A stretch of 64,000 bases of DNA. It comes from Setoptus koraiensis. Its lineage: Eukaryota > Animalia > Arthropoda. Where the stretch lies: the NCBI GenBank assembly GCA_048013815.1, contig CM106586.1, positions 15,500,001 to 15,564,000 of the forward strand. The letters are read 5' to 3'. The translations under genes and the position numbers were made by a program. The notes below the pieces were generated by a model. The model searched no databases. It saw only the letters and a program-made list of their open reading frames with translations, and was not told the origin of the DNA. This document shows, one piece after another, positions 26,948 to 39,053 of this stretch (position 1 is its first letter; each line of letters opens with the position of its first letter).

Positions 26948-27195
26948 TAAACTTTTGTGTAAAGAGAGACCATTTTTACTCCACCCTCATCGTGTTTGTC
27001 TACCAATGAAGCTAGGCCAAATAAGGAGACTATCCCTCAGTCTAGCAGTCTAGCCAGACGGGTCTGTTATACAGACGCAACGATCAATGAGAGGAGAGCT
27101 GTTTGTTGTTGTGTAAGCTGTTGGTGCTGGATGAAACGGAAAATCATGCGCTGAATCATTGAGGACATCTTGAAGGATTTTCATCATAATGATTC
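26948..27195 (+). repeat. Diverged dispersed repeat, copy 1 (inverted partner at ~46498-46690)
   Basis: Shared blocks TTTTTACTCCACCCTCATC..AAGCTAGGCCAAATAAGGAGACT and GGAAAATCATGCGC..ATCATT.AGGACA.CTTGAAGGATT. Confidence 0.85.
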
Positions 27196-27302
27196 ATAAC
27201 GTCTGCACTGGCATTAATTGTTGCTGCTGTTGTAGTGGCTGCCGCCAACGAATTAGCATTTAACCGTCGTCTATTCACACTGTTCACAATCATTTCTATT
27301 GG

Positions 27303-27370
27303 ATATATATATATATATATATTTGTATACATATACATATATATATATACATATATACATATATATGTTT
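27303..27370. repeat. (TA)n / (TACA)n microsatellite
   Basis: Directly visible. Confidence 0.9.
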
Positions 27371-27474
27371 ATAGAGGAAAAATACTATTTTGTGTAACCA
27401 ACTTGCAACTATTTTGACCAACTAACCATCATATTGATTTAAACGTCAACACACGCCTCGTAGCGACAACAACA

Positions 27475-30400
27475 ATGCCTGTGTTTCACACCAAAACCAT
27501 AGAGAGCATTCTCGAGCCAGTTGCCTCACAGGTGAGTCACTTTATTCTTGCGGACATGTCTTCTTGTTTGCGAGTAGTATTTTGCTCCAATAGTTTAAAA
27601 CGACTAGCTAACCCAATGTGTCATTTGTTTGTATTCAGGTTTCGCGACTGGTAATATTGCACGAAGAGTCCGAAAATGGTCGCGCCATGTCGGACCTCAC
27701 CAAACCTGTTGAGGCAGTCAGCATGGCAGTGGAAAATCTAAAGAAAGTTGGCAAGGACACTATTAATCAAAGCGACGACGAAATATTACGCAATGAGATG
27801 CCAAATTCATTGGTGCGAGTTGAGCAAGCGGCCCGCTTATTGGAGGAGGCCAATCAAATGTTTCGCGCTGACGCCTATTCACAACCTGCCAGAAAGTTAC
27901 TATTGGAGGGATCGCGTGGTATTCTCCAAGGAACCTCGTCGCTGTTGTTGTGTTTCGACGAATCAGAGGTTCGCAAAATTATCAAAGCCTGCAAGAGAGT
28001 TTTAGATTACATAAACTGTGTGGATGTCATAGAGAGGATAGAGGATCTGTTGCAGTTTGCCAAGGATTTAACGCCGGCCTTGGGCAAAATGACACGTTTA
28101 GTTGATGCCAGACAAAAGGAACTCACTCATCAGGCCCATAGCGATATATTAATCAAGTGTCTGGATCAAATAAAACAATTGGCTCCCGTCTTGATAAGCT
28201 CAATGAAGATTTATGTGCAACTTGCGCAAGACAATAAATCTATTCACGAGGCCAAAGAGAATCGCAATTACATTTCTCAGCGCACCTCAGACGAGGTGCA
28301 CGAAATAATACGTGTACTTCAATTGACCACCTACGACGAACAAGAGTGGGACGCAGATCCGTTGACCTACATGAAACGAGCATTGGGCGCCATGACGAGC
28401 AAATATCAATCGGCTCACGATTGGCTAGAGGATCCATATTCCCCGAACGGTGGCATTGGAGAGAAGTCGCTGAGGCAAATATTGGAACATGCCGAACGAA
28501 TAGCCGATAGGGCCCAACCGGACGATAGAGATGCCATAAGGAAGTGTTGCGGTGACATCCGGTCCATGGTCAATAGTTTGTGTGAATTGCGTCAGACGGG
28601 CCAAAATACTAGTCCTCAGGCACAATCGTTGGCAAAGAATATTGGCCAACAATTAAAAGATCTGTTGCAATTGTGTCAGAGAGCTATTGCCAATATGGAC
28701 AAACATGGCGCTGACAACAAACAAAGTCAAGTGTCACACACGCTCGCGGGCCGCATTGACCAAGCTCAGAGATGGCTAAATAATCTGACCAATCCTGGCT
28801 TCGACGATAACGGTCTAGGCGAGCAGGCCATTCAGGCCATTGTGGACGAGGCGCGTCAATTAGCGCTATATTTATCACCCGCTTCTTATTGTAAGCAATT
28901 GTTGGAGTTGTGCAACGACGTTGAACGCATGAACAAACAATTGGGCGATTTGAACAGATTGAGGCGCCAACAGCCCAATAGTGTCGACCAGCAACAGATG
29001 CTATTGTTGGCGAGAGAATTGTCGAAGAAATTGTACGAATTACAGCGTTTCGTTCATGCCACTCTCGTGTCTAGAGTTGTCGATGATTTCATAGACGCCA
29101 CACTGGCATTGAGACAATTTAGTGAGGCAGTTTTAGCGCCAGAGAACGATATTAATCGCGAACAAAATCTGTTGGATAAGGCACGTCAATTATCCGAATG
29201 GTCGAAGAAGGCATCGCAAACAGGTAGACACGTTGCCACCAATTGTGCCCACAACAAGCGTCACGCAGAAGCTATATTGGCCTCGGCCAATAGGCTCGAA
29301 TCTATGACGCCTCAATTAATTAATTCGGGCCGAATTAAATTTACCAATGTTAAAAACACAAATGCAAATGAGAATTTTATACAAATGAGGGACCAATACG
29401 AAACGGAAATACATCGCTTGAGACAATTAATCGACGAGGCTCTTGACACTAGTGCTTTTGTAATAGCAAGCGAACAAGCAATTAGAAAGCATACTCAATT
29501 GTGCGAGCAATCAATAGCCAATCAAAATGTCCAATCCATGATAGACAATGCTTCTATCATAGCTCGTTTAGCCAATCGTGTCCTCATGATAGCCAGACAA
29601 GAAGCCTCAAATTCTGAGGACAATTATTATACAACAAGAATTGAGGAATGCACAAGAAAATTACAAGATATTGTGCCAACAATGGTTCGAAACGCCAAAG
29701 ATGTCGCCATCAACATAACAGATCAGCGCAATCAAAATGCCTGGCGTCAGTCTAACCAGGAGATAATTGACACCATAACACAATTGAGCAAAGTGATCGG
29801 ACCAAGTCAATTGCCCGATTTGTCGCGCCTAAATATATCGTCACGTGAGTACTTCCATCCATTTCTGCTTTCTTTGTATGTTATCTTGATATATTTGCGC
29901 CTATTCCATCAACTTATATACTGTCGCATTTTTCTATTTACACACAGGTACAACTACCACAACTACAACTACGACAACTTACGATCATTCAAGCAACCAA
30001 CCAACACTGGACCGCTATGGAACAACTTCGAGATCTTCGGGATACGACACGGCCACCAGAGGTAAAGTTATCCATAAATTAAGTTCAGTCATACAGATAC
30101 TGAAATTTGCATATATCGATAGTTGACAATAATCGAGAGTTTATCCGTTCTTCCACTAATTTGTTTGCTGATAAACAGTCTCGCCTCGGCTTAGTGCAGC
30201 GTCACCATCGCGTCCATATGCGACGGAAACAGACGATGAATTCGACGAGAGGTTCCCCACTTTGCAACATAATCAACCCATCATGGTAAGTGGATAGTTG
30301 ATATTCAATCATACAAAATCAGCAATTAAATATTGGAAAATTTCATATAAAATCTTACAAAATTCACTCATTCCGCCCGATCAAATGACTAGATGGCCGC

Positions 30401-31094
30401 CCATGATTTGCATCAAGAGGTGAAACAATGGTCGAGCAAAGAGAACGAGATTATAGCCGCCGCGAAAAAGATCGCCTTACTCATGGCTAGACTAAGTCAA
30501 TTGGTGAGGGGTGACGCCGGGACCAAGAAAGATTTGATCAGTTGTGCCAAGGCAATTTGCGAAGCTTCAGAGGAGGTGACCAGATTGGCCAAAGAGCAGG
30601 CGAAATTGTGCACTGACAGAAAGATGCGAACGGTAAGTCACAAATAAATGTATATTTATGTTGCTCGACATACTCTTCAATTCAATAACAGCCAATTTGA
30701 TTATAACAAACAAATCAACTTACGACCTATTCTAATTAATCAACAAATTTCCAATCAACCTCTTTAATAAATCAACATTATATCTTCCATAACTTGCGAA
30801 TTGAAACTTGATAACTAAATGCAAATCAAATCGCAGAATATTTTGCAAGTTTGCGAGCGCATACCAACCATAGGAACTCAATTGAGAATATTGAGCACGG
30901 TTAAGGCAACCATGTTAGGCGTACAAGGATCCGAGGAGGACCAAGAGGCCATGGATATGATTGTAGGAAATGCACAAAATCTAATGCAATCAGTGAAAGA
31001 AACAGTTAGAGCTTGTGAGGCCGCCTCAATCAAAATAAGAACAGATCAAGGTGTCCGACTTAGATGGATCAGAAAAGAGCCATGGTACACATGA
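27475..31094 (+). CDS. Vinc: Vinculin, six coding exons
   Basis: [19 protein letters not shown] (27475-27531); exons 27639-29844, 29948-30061, 30179-30285, 30393-~30631, 30837-31094; tail [26 protein letters not shown]...[10 protein letters not shown]. Confidence 0.97.
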
Positions 31095-31871
31095 TTGATA
31101 TCTATACATCTAATATACCTATTTATAATGTCGCTGATAATAATAACAACACAAAACAAATATACACAATTTAGTTTAACACAACAACAGCAACAACAAA
31201 TGCACATAAACTGCTGAACATAATCTAGTCGATATAATTTATAAGAGGAAGAAATACATTAATGAGAATAATTTTCAACTTTACATCAACAACAGTGGCT
31301 CTCGTCACATCTTACTACTTACACAATATACACTACTTGTGGCCATTTTATAGTCATTACTACAACAACAACAACAACAACTAACACAACAACATTACTA
31401 ATTGTAAGCAACAACTAACTGTTACACCAATTATACCAATCGCACCACGAAGGATTAAGCAATATCGACAAACCAGTATAAACGAAACAAAATGAAATAA
31501 TCCATCCATATTGCCAGCAATAACAATAACAATGATAATAACAACGACAACAAAAACAATTATAATAATCACAACTGTAATAATAGGGATGATGTAATCA
31601 ATTATTGCTACTTTTGCCAATGTTGTATTTTGTTGTATCACTGTTGGTGGTACAAAATAAAAAACTATAAGCATATATGTAAAAATATATGCAAAGATAT
31701 ATGTATACATACACCTGTAAATGAATATAAACTGACTTAGCAATTGTTGTCCGATTTCACACCCTTCAATCAAGAGTAACGAACCACCCCTAACGGTTTG
31801 TTGTGCAACATCCGTTTTGAGTGGCAACTATGGATTCAAGTCCCCGAGCTGCCACTCGAGTCCGCAGCTAT

Positions 31872-32005
31872 CTTCCAAATACTATTGGCTCATTGTTGTG
31901 ATCTCCAAATATCACCAAGATGAGCCTTTGTAGTGACGGGCTACTTCTTTCAGCCTATACCAACAAAGCCTTACCTACTGCTCTCACAGGATGACGATCT
32001 CGAAC
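31872..32005 (+). pseudogene. Remnant of the GPR107 3' coding region
   Basis: CAAATACTATTGGCTCA..., then VTGYFFQPIPTKPYLLLSQDDDLE matching 23065-23200 inverted; ~260-nt deletion before the shared 3' flank. Confidence 0.92.
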
Positions 32006-32213
32006 GAGAAGAAGTTATGGTAGTCAGTCTAGTACTCGTGTCTACGGAAGAGTTTCTCCTAATAAAATTTATTCGGCTTGCAAAGGCGTTCAACACATTT
32101 AATTTCTATTGTAACTGTCATTGTTATTAAATCAACCCAAAATATCATATACAGTTCGTGTATGAGGTGCTGGCGTTTCCCGTCATTCTGATGAGAAAGA
32201 CACCGAATCACAA

Positions 32214-33815
32214 TCAGCATTTAGTCGGCGCTAATCTCTGACGAAGTTCCATAGCTACCACAGACATTTCTTCAGGTGCTAACTTTTTGTACTTTGTAAC
32301 GTGTGCCTTATCGTGGTTTTGCAGTTCTTTGTAGATTTGATCAACTTTTCCATCAAAATCAGTAGGTTTTCTTGGTAGAATGTGTACATGAACATGGAAG
32401 ACCGATTGACCGGCATCTAAACCATCTTGTAGTGTAAGGGTGGTGGACTTGGTGTCATGTAGTTCTTCTGTGACACTTTCGACACGCTGAACAAGCTGGA
32501 ACAAATCTGCAATCTCGGCCTTTGACAAGTCAGTGAATTTCTTGCAAACTCTCAAAGGTGATACAAGAACGTGACCCTTAAGAACAGGGCGATGGTTGAC
32601 AAAACCGAACGAATATCGGCTCCTTATAAAAACTTGACTTGAAGCTATATCTTGATCGGCGAATTTATATCTTATCGATTCATCATCTATCTCGTAAGAA
32701 TTAATTGCGGGCTCAATATCAGAGTATATATCGAATCGTCTGTCTGTCCATACTGGTAGTTTAGATCTGGAAGTATTGAGGAAACTGTGGTCTATCATGG
32801 CGATTGCATAACCTGTACCTTCACTGCAATGGGCCACTACTGTTCCCCAAGGATCTACAATCATCGCATGGCCGTATGAAGCCCTTTTAACATTATGTTG
32901 TCCTGTTTGGGCTGCTGCGATAACATAACATTGATTTTCGATTGCTCGTGCACGTATTAATGTCTCCCAATGGTAAGTGCCCGTTGGCACAGTAAACGAG
33001 GATGGATATGTCAGTATATCTGCCCCTGCTTTCGCATATGAAATTGCCATTTCAGGAAATCTAACATCATAACAAATACCCAATCCCACTTTACCCACTG
33101 GAGTGCTAACTGGATGGGTCAGTTTAGATCCAGCTATGTACGTTTCACCTTCTATGAGTCTAACAACATTGGGGATTTCCAGGTTAAATAGATGAATCTT
33201 GTGATAGATAGATCTTATTTCACCATAGTCGTCAATCACTAAATGAGCATTCAGGATTTTATCACTTTCTGTGATTCCTAAAGCTTCTTGTTTCTGATGC
33301 ATACCTCCAAGTGATAGCCAAGCTTTAACCTCTTTGGCAAGTTCGCGGTATCGGTTGATGGTGGGTCCATCGAGAGGCTCTGCCTTAGCAATAGCTAGTT
33401 CTCGCGAGCTCTCAATGTAATCAAAACATTCCGGCAAAAAAATCATCTTGGCACCAACACTGGCCGCCTCTCGAACTATTGTGCTCGCGACCTTAAAATT
33501 GGCTTCTTTATCGTTTTTGCTGTTCAGCTGGCAAACAGCTACCATTTGTTTTGTACCGTGACTGGTGGTCGATGACATGTTATGGCCTGGATGTGTCCGC
33601 AAAGAATAAGTTTCGTCTGTTTCAGAGGTGGCACGACTATTAAGCCGTCTGTAAATTTTACGAGTCACTATGTAGGACCTTGTGACTAAATGGAAAGGTC
33701 TAATTAGACTGGCCTCTTGACTGGTATGCCTGCCTCCTTTTGCACAGATTTCTAAAATTAATGAGTGCTGGACGGGCGGTCTGACCAAAGTTGTTAATAG
33801 ATATTTGAAAAACAT
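32214..33815 (-). CDS. NitFhit: Nitrilase-Fhit fusion (NitFhit) with N-terminal extension
   Basis: Nitrilase triad LPEC / YHKIHLF / GICYD; HIT motif GQSVFHVHVHILPR. Confidence 0.97.
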   Translation of the reverse strand: MFFKYLLTTLVRPPVQHSLILEICAKGGRHTSQEASLIRPFHLVTRSYIVTRKIYRRLNSRATSETDETYSLRTHPGHNMSSTTSHGTKQMVAVCQLNSKNDKEANFKVASTIVREAASVGAKMIFLPECFDYIESSRELAIAKAEPLDGPTINRYRELAKEVKAWLSLGGMHQKQEALGITESDKILNAHLVIDDYGEIRSIYHKIHLFNLEIPNVVRLIEGETYIAGSKLTHPVSTPVGKVGLGICYDVRFPEMAISYAKAGADILTYPSSFTVPTGTYHWETLIRARAIENQCYVIAAAQTGQHNVKRASYGHAMIVDPWGTVVAHCSEGTGYAIAMIDHSFLNTSRSKLPVWTDRRFDIYSDIEPAINSYEIDDESIRYKFADQDIASSQVFIRSRYSFGFVNHRPVLKGHVLVSPLRVCKKFTDLSKAEIADLFQLVQRVESVTEELHDTKSTTLTLQDGLDAGQSVFHVHVHILPRKPTDFDGKVDQIYKELQNHDKAHVTKYKKLAPEEMSVVAMELRQRLAPTKC

Positions 33816-34388
33816 CCACCTTGTTATTGCGGCTTATTTTGCACAAAAGAGTACGAGGTTTACCCAGTGGACTATACGATGAAAAATGGACCAAATATCC
33901 ACATGATTTAGCGTCTAAATTTGCGTGATATATATGTATACATGAGTGTAGTTAGATAGTATTGATAGGAGACTATTGAGTCACTTCACGTTTATATTGT
34001 ATTATCACTTATCATATTATATATTGTAAGCTCATTATAATAATCATAGACAGTCGTGATTTGGTATCGACAAGTTGTGATCCAACCTTCACAGTTAAAA
34101 TCCAACTCCTGGCTTGGTATAAGCATCACAACCTCTAACACATGTTCCATTTATTTGTTACAACGCTTCCACTGACAACAACCGAACGATCACTTCAATA
34201 CCATTGGTATAATACCAAAAACAGTTCAAACTTGGCGCGCTCACATTAAATATAAAGAAGAGTTGCAATGGAGATTGACAAGGAACTTGCTTTGTGATTT
34301 ACGTCAAAACAATTAATATTCACGATGATTATTCTCCTCGCATTGAATCAAGTTTATCTGATTCTTTTTATATTGTGACCGCCATCCT

Positions 34389-35735
34389 ATGCTAGATCAG
34401 TCTGCATACTTTGCTGTAGCTTCCATGGTGATAATTCTAGTGACAATTTTCAAATTACTATCTTGTGCCTCTTGCCTCAGTAAAAACAACAATAAACATA
34501 CTAGGAAAAATGATCCCGCCGTGGCCGCCACCGAGTGTGACGTCCAACATTTGGCCACCCCAATATTAATTTATCCGAGGCCTTTCTCTGAGCCTGCCGA
34601 TCGATCTTATGACTCAGTCGATGCTATACAAGAGAGCTCCAGTATTAATCACAATAATAATCACATTAATAATAATAATGATGGTGAAAATGACCAACAA
34701 ATAGCTGCTCTAACAGGATTGACGCCCATACCGGCCAGCATATCCCCGGTGCCCTCCTCATTGATTCAACACCATCCACAACAACAACAACAACAACAAC
34801 AACAATTACAATCACAACAACTACTACCACCACATGCAACCAGCAGCGGTGACAATAATATGAATACTATTTCTGTAAATAATAATATTAATTCACCTGA
34901 ACAAATTATCCAATCTCAGCAATCCGACACTCGTCAACCCGCTGGACACTCCTACGATATCATCTCAGTTAGGGAGCCATTGGCTAACGTTCTGGCAGGT
35001 AGATTGAATACTCAAGACGCCACACAAGGAACATCTCGATCAACAAAAAGCACACAAAAGCAAACGTCGGGAGATCATGAATATATCGAAGTAGATAGTG
35101 AGAGGACATCATGTTTCTATGAAGAAATTGCCCTGACTAACAATAATACGACCGGTCCAGTCTATTCTGTAATCGACAAATCAACAAAAAAATCAACCAT
35201 TCCAATTGCATTGCCCAGCTCATCGTCACAACGTTCGAGTTCTAGTCAAATCAATGAGCAAAACATTGATCTTCTATATGCAAAGATCGATAAAGGTGGT
35301 GAATCATCTAGGAATGCAATGAAGATGATGGATAGTGATCATCCCACCACCTCTTCTCCTCAGCCCCAATTGCCACCTAGGCCGTCTTCCTCATCCGTCA
35401 TGATACCATTATCAAGCAATTCTCAATCAAATGGAACAAGGCAACAGAATAAGCCGCCAGGATATGATCAAATATATGGTTTAGAAGACGACGAATCGGA
35501 GTGTGATGTAGGTTACGAATTCGTCAGATCAAACACATACCAAGAAATTATCGATGCTGGTTACGAAAAAATCAAAGAACCTGCCAATGCAACTAGTTCG
35601 ACCATGGCTGATTATGGAGGCTATGAAATTGTTCAGCCCGTTTATTCCTCACCCTCTGGAACCCTAGCGGAGCCAAATTACGAAGTTATTAGGTCTTGCC
35701 AACTTGCACCTTCAAATGATGAACCTAATCGGTAG
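34389..35735 (+). CDS. Type III single-pass transmembrane adaptor, PAG/Cbp-like architecture
   Basis: Very short ectodomain, TM, juxtamembrane CASC, disordered tail with about 12 YxxI/V motifs; no catalytic domain. Confidence 0.7.
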   Translation: MLDQSAYFAVASMVIILVTIFKLLSCASCLSKNNNKHTRKNDPAVAATECDVQHLATPILIYPRPFSEPADRSYDSVDAIQESSSINHNNNHINNNNDGENDQQIAALTGLTPIPASISPVPSSLIQHHPQQQQQQQQQLQSQQLLPPHATSSGDNNMNTISVNNNINSPEQIIQSQQSDTRQPAGHSYDIISVREPLANVLAGRLNTQDATQGTSRSTKSTQKQTSGDHEYIEVDSERTSCFYEEIALTNNNTTGPVYSVIDKSTKKSTIPIALPSSSSQRSSSSQINEQNIDLLYAKIDKGGESSRNAMKMMDSDHPTTSSPQPQLPPRPSSSSVMIPLSSNSQSNGTRQQNKPPGYDQIYGLEDDESECDVGYEFVRSNTYQEIIDAGYEKIKEPANATSSTMADYGGYEIVQPVYSSPSGTLAEPNYEVIRSCQLAPSNDEPNR

Positions 35736-35983
35736 AAATAACTGGATAAAAAAATTGTGTTGAGATACGTCACAATGACATGAAGCCTTCAACAAGCTAC
35801 TATGATATGGTCGCCCTAGAGTTTCGTTATCATGGCCTTGAGTAAAAGTTCATTACTTATGTCTGTTTGACTTTTTTTTACGCGGAGGAAATGATCCTTA
35901 CGATCATGTTTATTAGTTTTGTATAAACCAAGTTATATACCAATAATAAAAACAAAATATTAACTGTGTTCGAAGGTCTTGCA

Positions 35984-36880
35984 TTAGGAGTTTGGAAACA
36001 AATAGTTCAAGAACTTCATCGCAGTCTCATATCCTAGGAAACATGCAGCATTGGCTGGGAATGCTTTCAAAATGATAGGTGTCGCTCCTTTGTACAGGCC
36101 GCTAAACCCTCTTGTTTCATAGTCTCTTGGAATACATCAATCAAATCTTTATATTTGCCCTCTGGTGCTGTCTGCTGTCGAGACTTCAAGACATCAGCCG
36201 GTATCGCAACAATCCAATTGGCCAAGCCGGCCATACCGCCCGCCAAAAGTGTTCTTCCTGATGATGGTTAGTCTTTAGACTGACCAGCGGGTGTTAGAAT
36301 GCGTTGAAAATATTCATATGTCATGAAATAAGTTGCAGTAGCGGGAACGTCTCGGCACGCTGTGTCAACGGTGCCCACATATACATTTCCAATGCCTCAT
36401 ACAGTTGCTTGAAACAATCCGCTGGTCCATTGTATTTTGGCCTCACGGATGCATCTGTCTGAGCGGCGCTTTGTATTTGTAACAAACATTTGACTCTTTC
36501 ACCTGGTGCCAATATAGCCGTAGTGGCTAGACCGGCTAAACCACCAGCGTTGAATATTTCGAACAATGTTAATTGGTGATCGTCGGATTTCTTTTGTATG
36601 TCTTTACCACAGGTGAATGCCCAAAAGCATATGTCGTACATGGGTGCAACTCCGGCCACAGGTACTGCGATACCTTTGTATAATCCACGGAAGCCATCCT
36701 GGCGTAGAGTCTTCTTGAAACAATCCCAAGTTCCTGTATATTGTGCTGGTTTATTGTCGCTCGTGTTTGCCTGTATTTGTAGTCCAACTTTAATAGTATC
36801 TAGCGGGTGACCTGCCACTACGAGACACACGCCACCGAAGGCTCCCCGAAGAAATTCTTAGTTAATGAGTTTTCCATGGG
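35984..36880 (-). pseudogene. SLC25A20: Mitochondrial carnitine/acylcarnitine carrier (SLC25A20/colt) pseudogene
   Basis: [63 protein letters not shown]; disrupted by at least three frameshifts and an in-frame TAA (SKD*). Confidence 0.9.
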
Positions 36881-37129
36881 TGGGCGAGATTTATCCAATT
36901 GGTCACCATATTTGGACAGATGACTGCCTCTGCGCACAATTCGTGGTGCGCTTGAAAATCCAACGTGCTCCCCGCCTTGTTATGCGACAGTGAGTCAAAC
37001 TCGTAAAAAAGAAATCCTTTTCAAACTATCTCTTATTATTATGGTTATATAATTATACAATCATACAAACAAAGTCTCGAACGAGTCTCTTAATAGAGTT
37101 CGAAGCTGCTGTAATGCGTTCTCATCACG

Positions 37130-39053
37130 ATGACCACAGCAGTCAAGCTATTTAATGCCACATGCCGGCAACGTGCCTACGGAATTCCATGCAAGCGGAT
37201 AAATCAAACCTTATTGACTTTCAGACAATTATCTTCAAAAAACAATGGAGATGATCATTTTGATGTGATAGTTATTGGAGGGGGACATGCCGGATGTGAG
37301 GCCGCTGCAGCGGCTTCGAGAATGTCATGTAAGACTTTATTGTTGACACATCGGTTTGACACTATTGGTGAGATGTCGTGCAATCCATCCTTCGGTGGAA
37401 TAGGTAAAGGACACCTAATGCGTGAAATCGACGCATTGGACGGCCTTTGTGCCCGTATATGCGATCTCTCTGGTATTCATTATAAAATGTTAAATTCAGC
37501 CAAAGGTCCGGCGGTTAGGGTAGGTATAGTTACCAAAAGCATTTTAATCTCTGGCAAGACAAGCAGTTTTATTCCCATCTTTCATCTCTATTCCTCACGA
37601 TGCTATTCAGGGTCACAGAGCTCAGATAGATAGGAACTACTATAAGCGGGAAATGCAACAAGAAATAAAGAACACCCCCAATTTAATTGTTAAGACATGT
37701 GCTATTGGCGACCTGATCATTGACTCTGACGACAGACATTCGATAGAGAGTAGTAGAAGATGTCTTGGCGCTATCACTGAGGACGGCCATCGGTATTTCT
37801 CTAAGGCCACAATAATTACAACTGGAACATTCTTGAGAGGTACGATAAATATTGGAGATGTGTGCTATCCAGCGGGCAGGATAACCGATAAACCATCAAT
37901 CAAACTAGCTGAAACTATGGAGCGAATAGGCTTCAAATTGGGACGGCTAAAAACAGGCACACCTCCAAGAATAGATCCCAAAAGTATCGATTATGGAAAG
38001 ACAGAAAAACACCAACCAGACAATCCACCTGTACCATTTTCATTCATGAATGAAAGGGTCAGTATAGAACCAGATAAGCAGGTACCTACATGGTTGACAT
38101 TCACTACAAAAGCAGTCGCGGATATTGTAAAGCAAAATATGCATGTAAATAAACACGTGACAGGAGGAACGACAGGGCCTCGTCATTGTCCGTCCATAGA
38201 GTCTAAAATACTAAAATTCGGAAATAGAAGCCACCAAGTTTGGCTAGAGCCCGAAACTAGCAACTTCGATGTGATCTATCCAAACGGAATATCCTGTACA
38301 CTACCTGCTGAGGCCCAACAGAAGATGATCAACTCAGTTATAGGATTGGAAAATGCCGTTATGTTGAGGCCCGGATATGGTGTAGAATACGATTACATAG
38401 ATCCTAGAGAATTAAAACCTACACTAGAAACTAACAGAGTTGATGGTCTATTTTTGGCCGGACAAATAAATGGTACTACAGGATATGAAGAAGCAGCCTC
38501 ACAAGGATTGATCGCAGGAATAAATGCGGCTGCCAAAGTTCTAAACAATGGAAAGGAATTGATTTTGTCCCGCGAAGAGTCTTACATAGGATTACTTATA
38601 GATGACTTGACCAAAAAGGGAGTGAGCGAGCCATATCGAATGTACACCAGTAGATGTGAGTATAGGCTTTACTTGAGGCCAGATAATGCTGATATAAGGT
38701 TGACGCAAAAAGGTTTCGATTGTGGATGTGTTAATAAAAATCGCCATGATCAATTCACCGTTATGAGAGAATCTCTTGAAAACAGCTTGACATTACTGCG
38801 AAATGAATGGAAATCTTTCTACAAGTGGAGAAAAGATATAGGTCTTGATAATGATCAAATCAAGAACGCAGGGAGCTCAAGAAAGAGCGGATTAGAAATT
38901 CTGGGGATTTTTCCTGATTCTTGGCCACGTTTAGTCGAAATGTACCCAGATTTGACACAAACGAGATCTGATGTTATTGAGAGGATTCTGATCGAGGCAC
39001 ACTACTCATTTTGGCAACCGGAAAACGATTTGAAGATAGCTTATCCTTACTGA
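37130..39053 (+). CDS. MTO1: Mitochondrial tRNA modification enzyme MTO1/GidA, apparently C-terminally truncated; one intron (37520-37610)
   Basis: [92 protein letters not shown]. Confidence 0.9.

Noticed and set aside
31381-31827. 148-aa hydrophobic minus-strand ORF
   Set aside because: Derived from (ACA/ATA)n-rich sequence downstream of vinculin; no family features.
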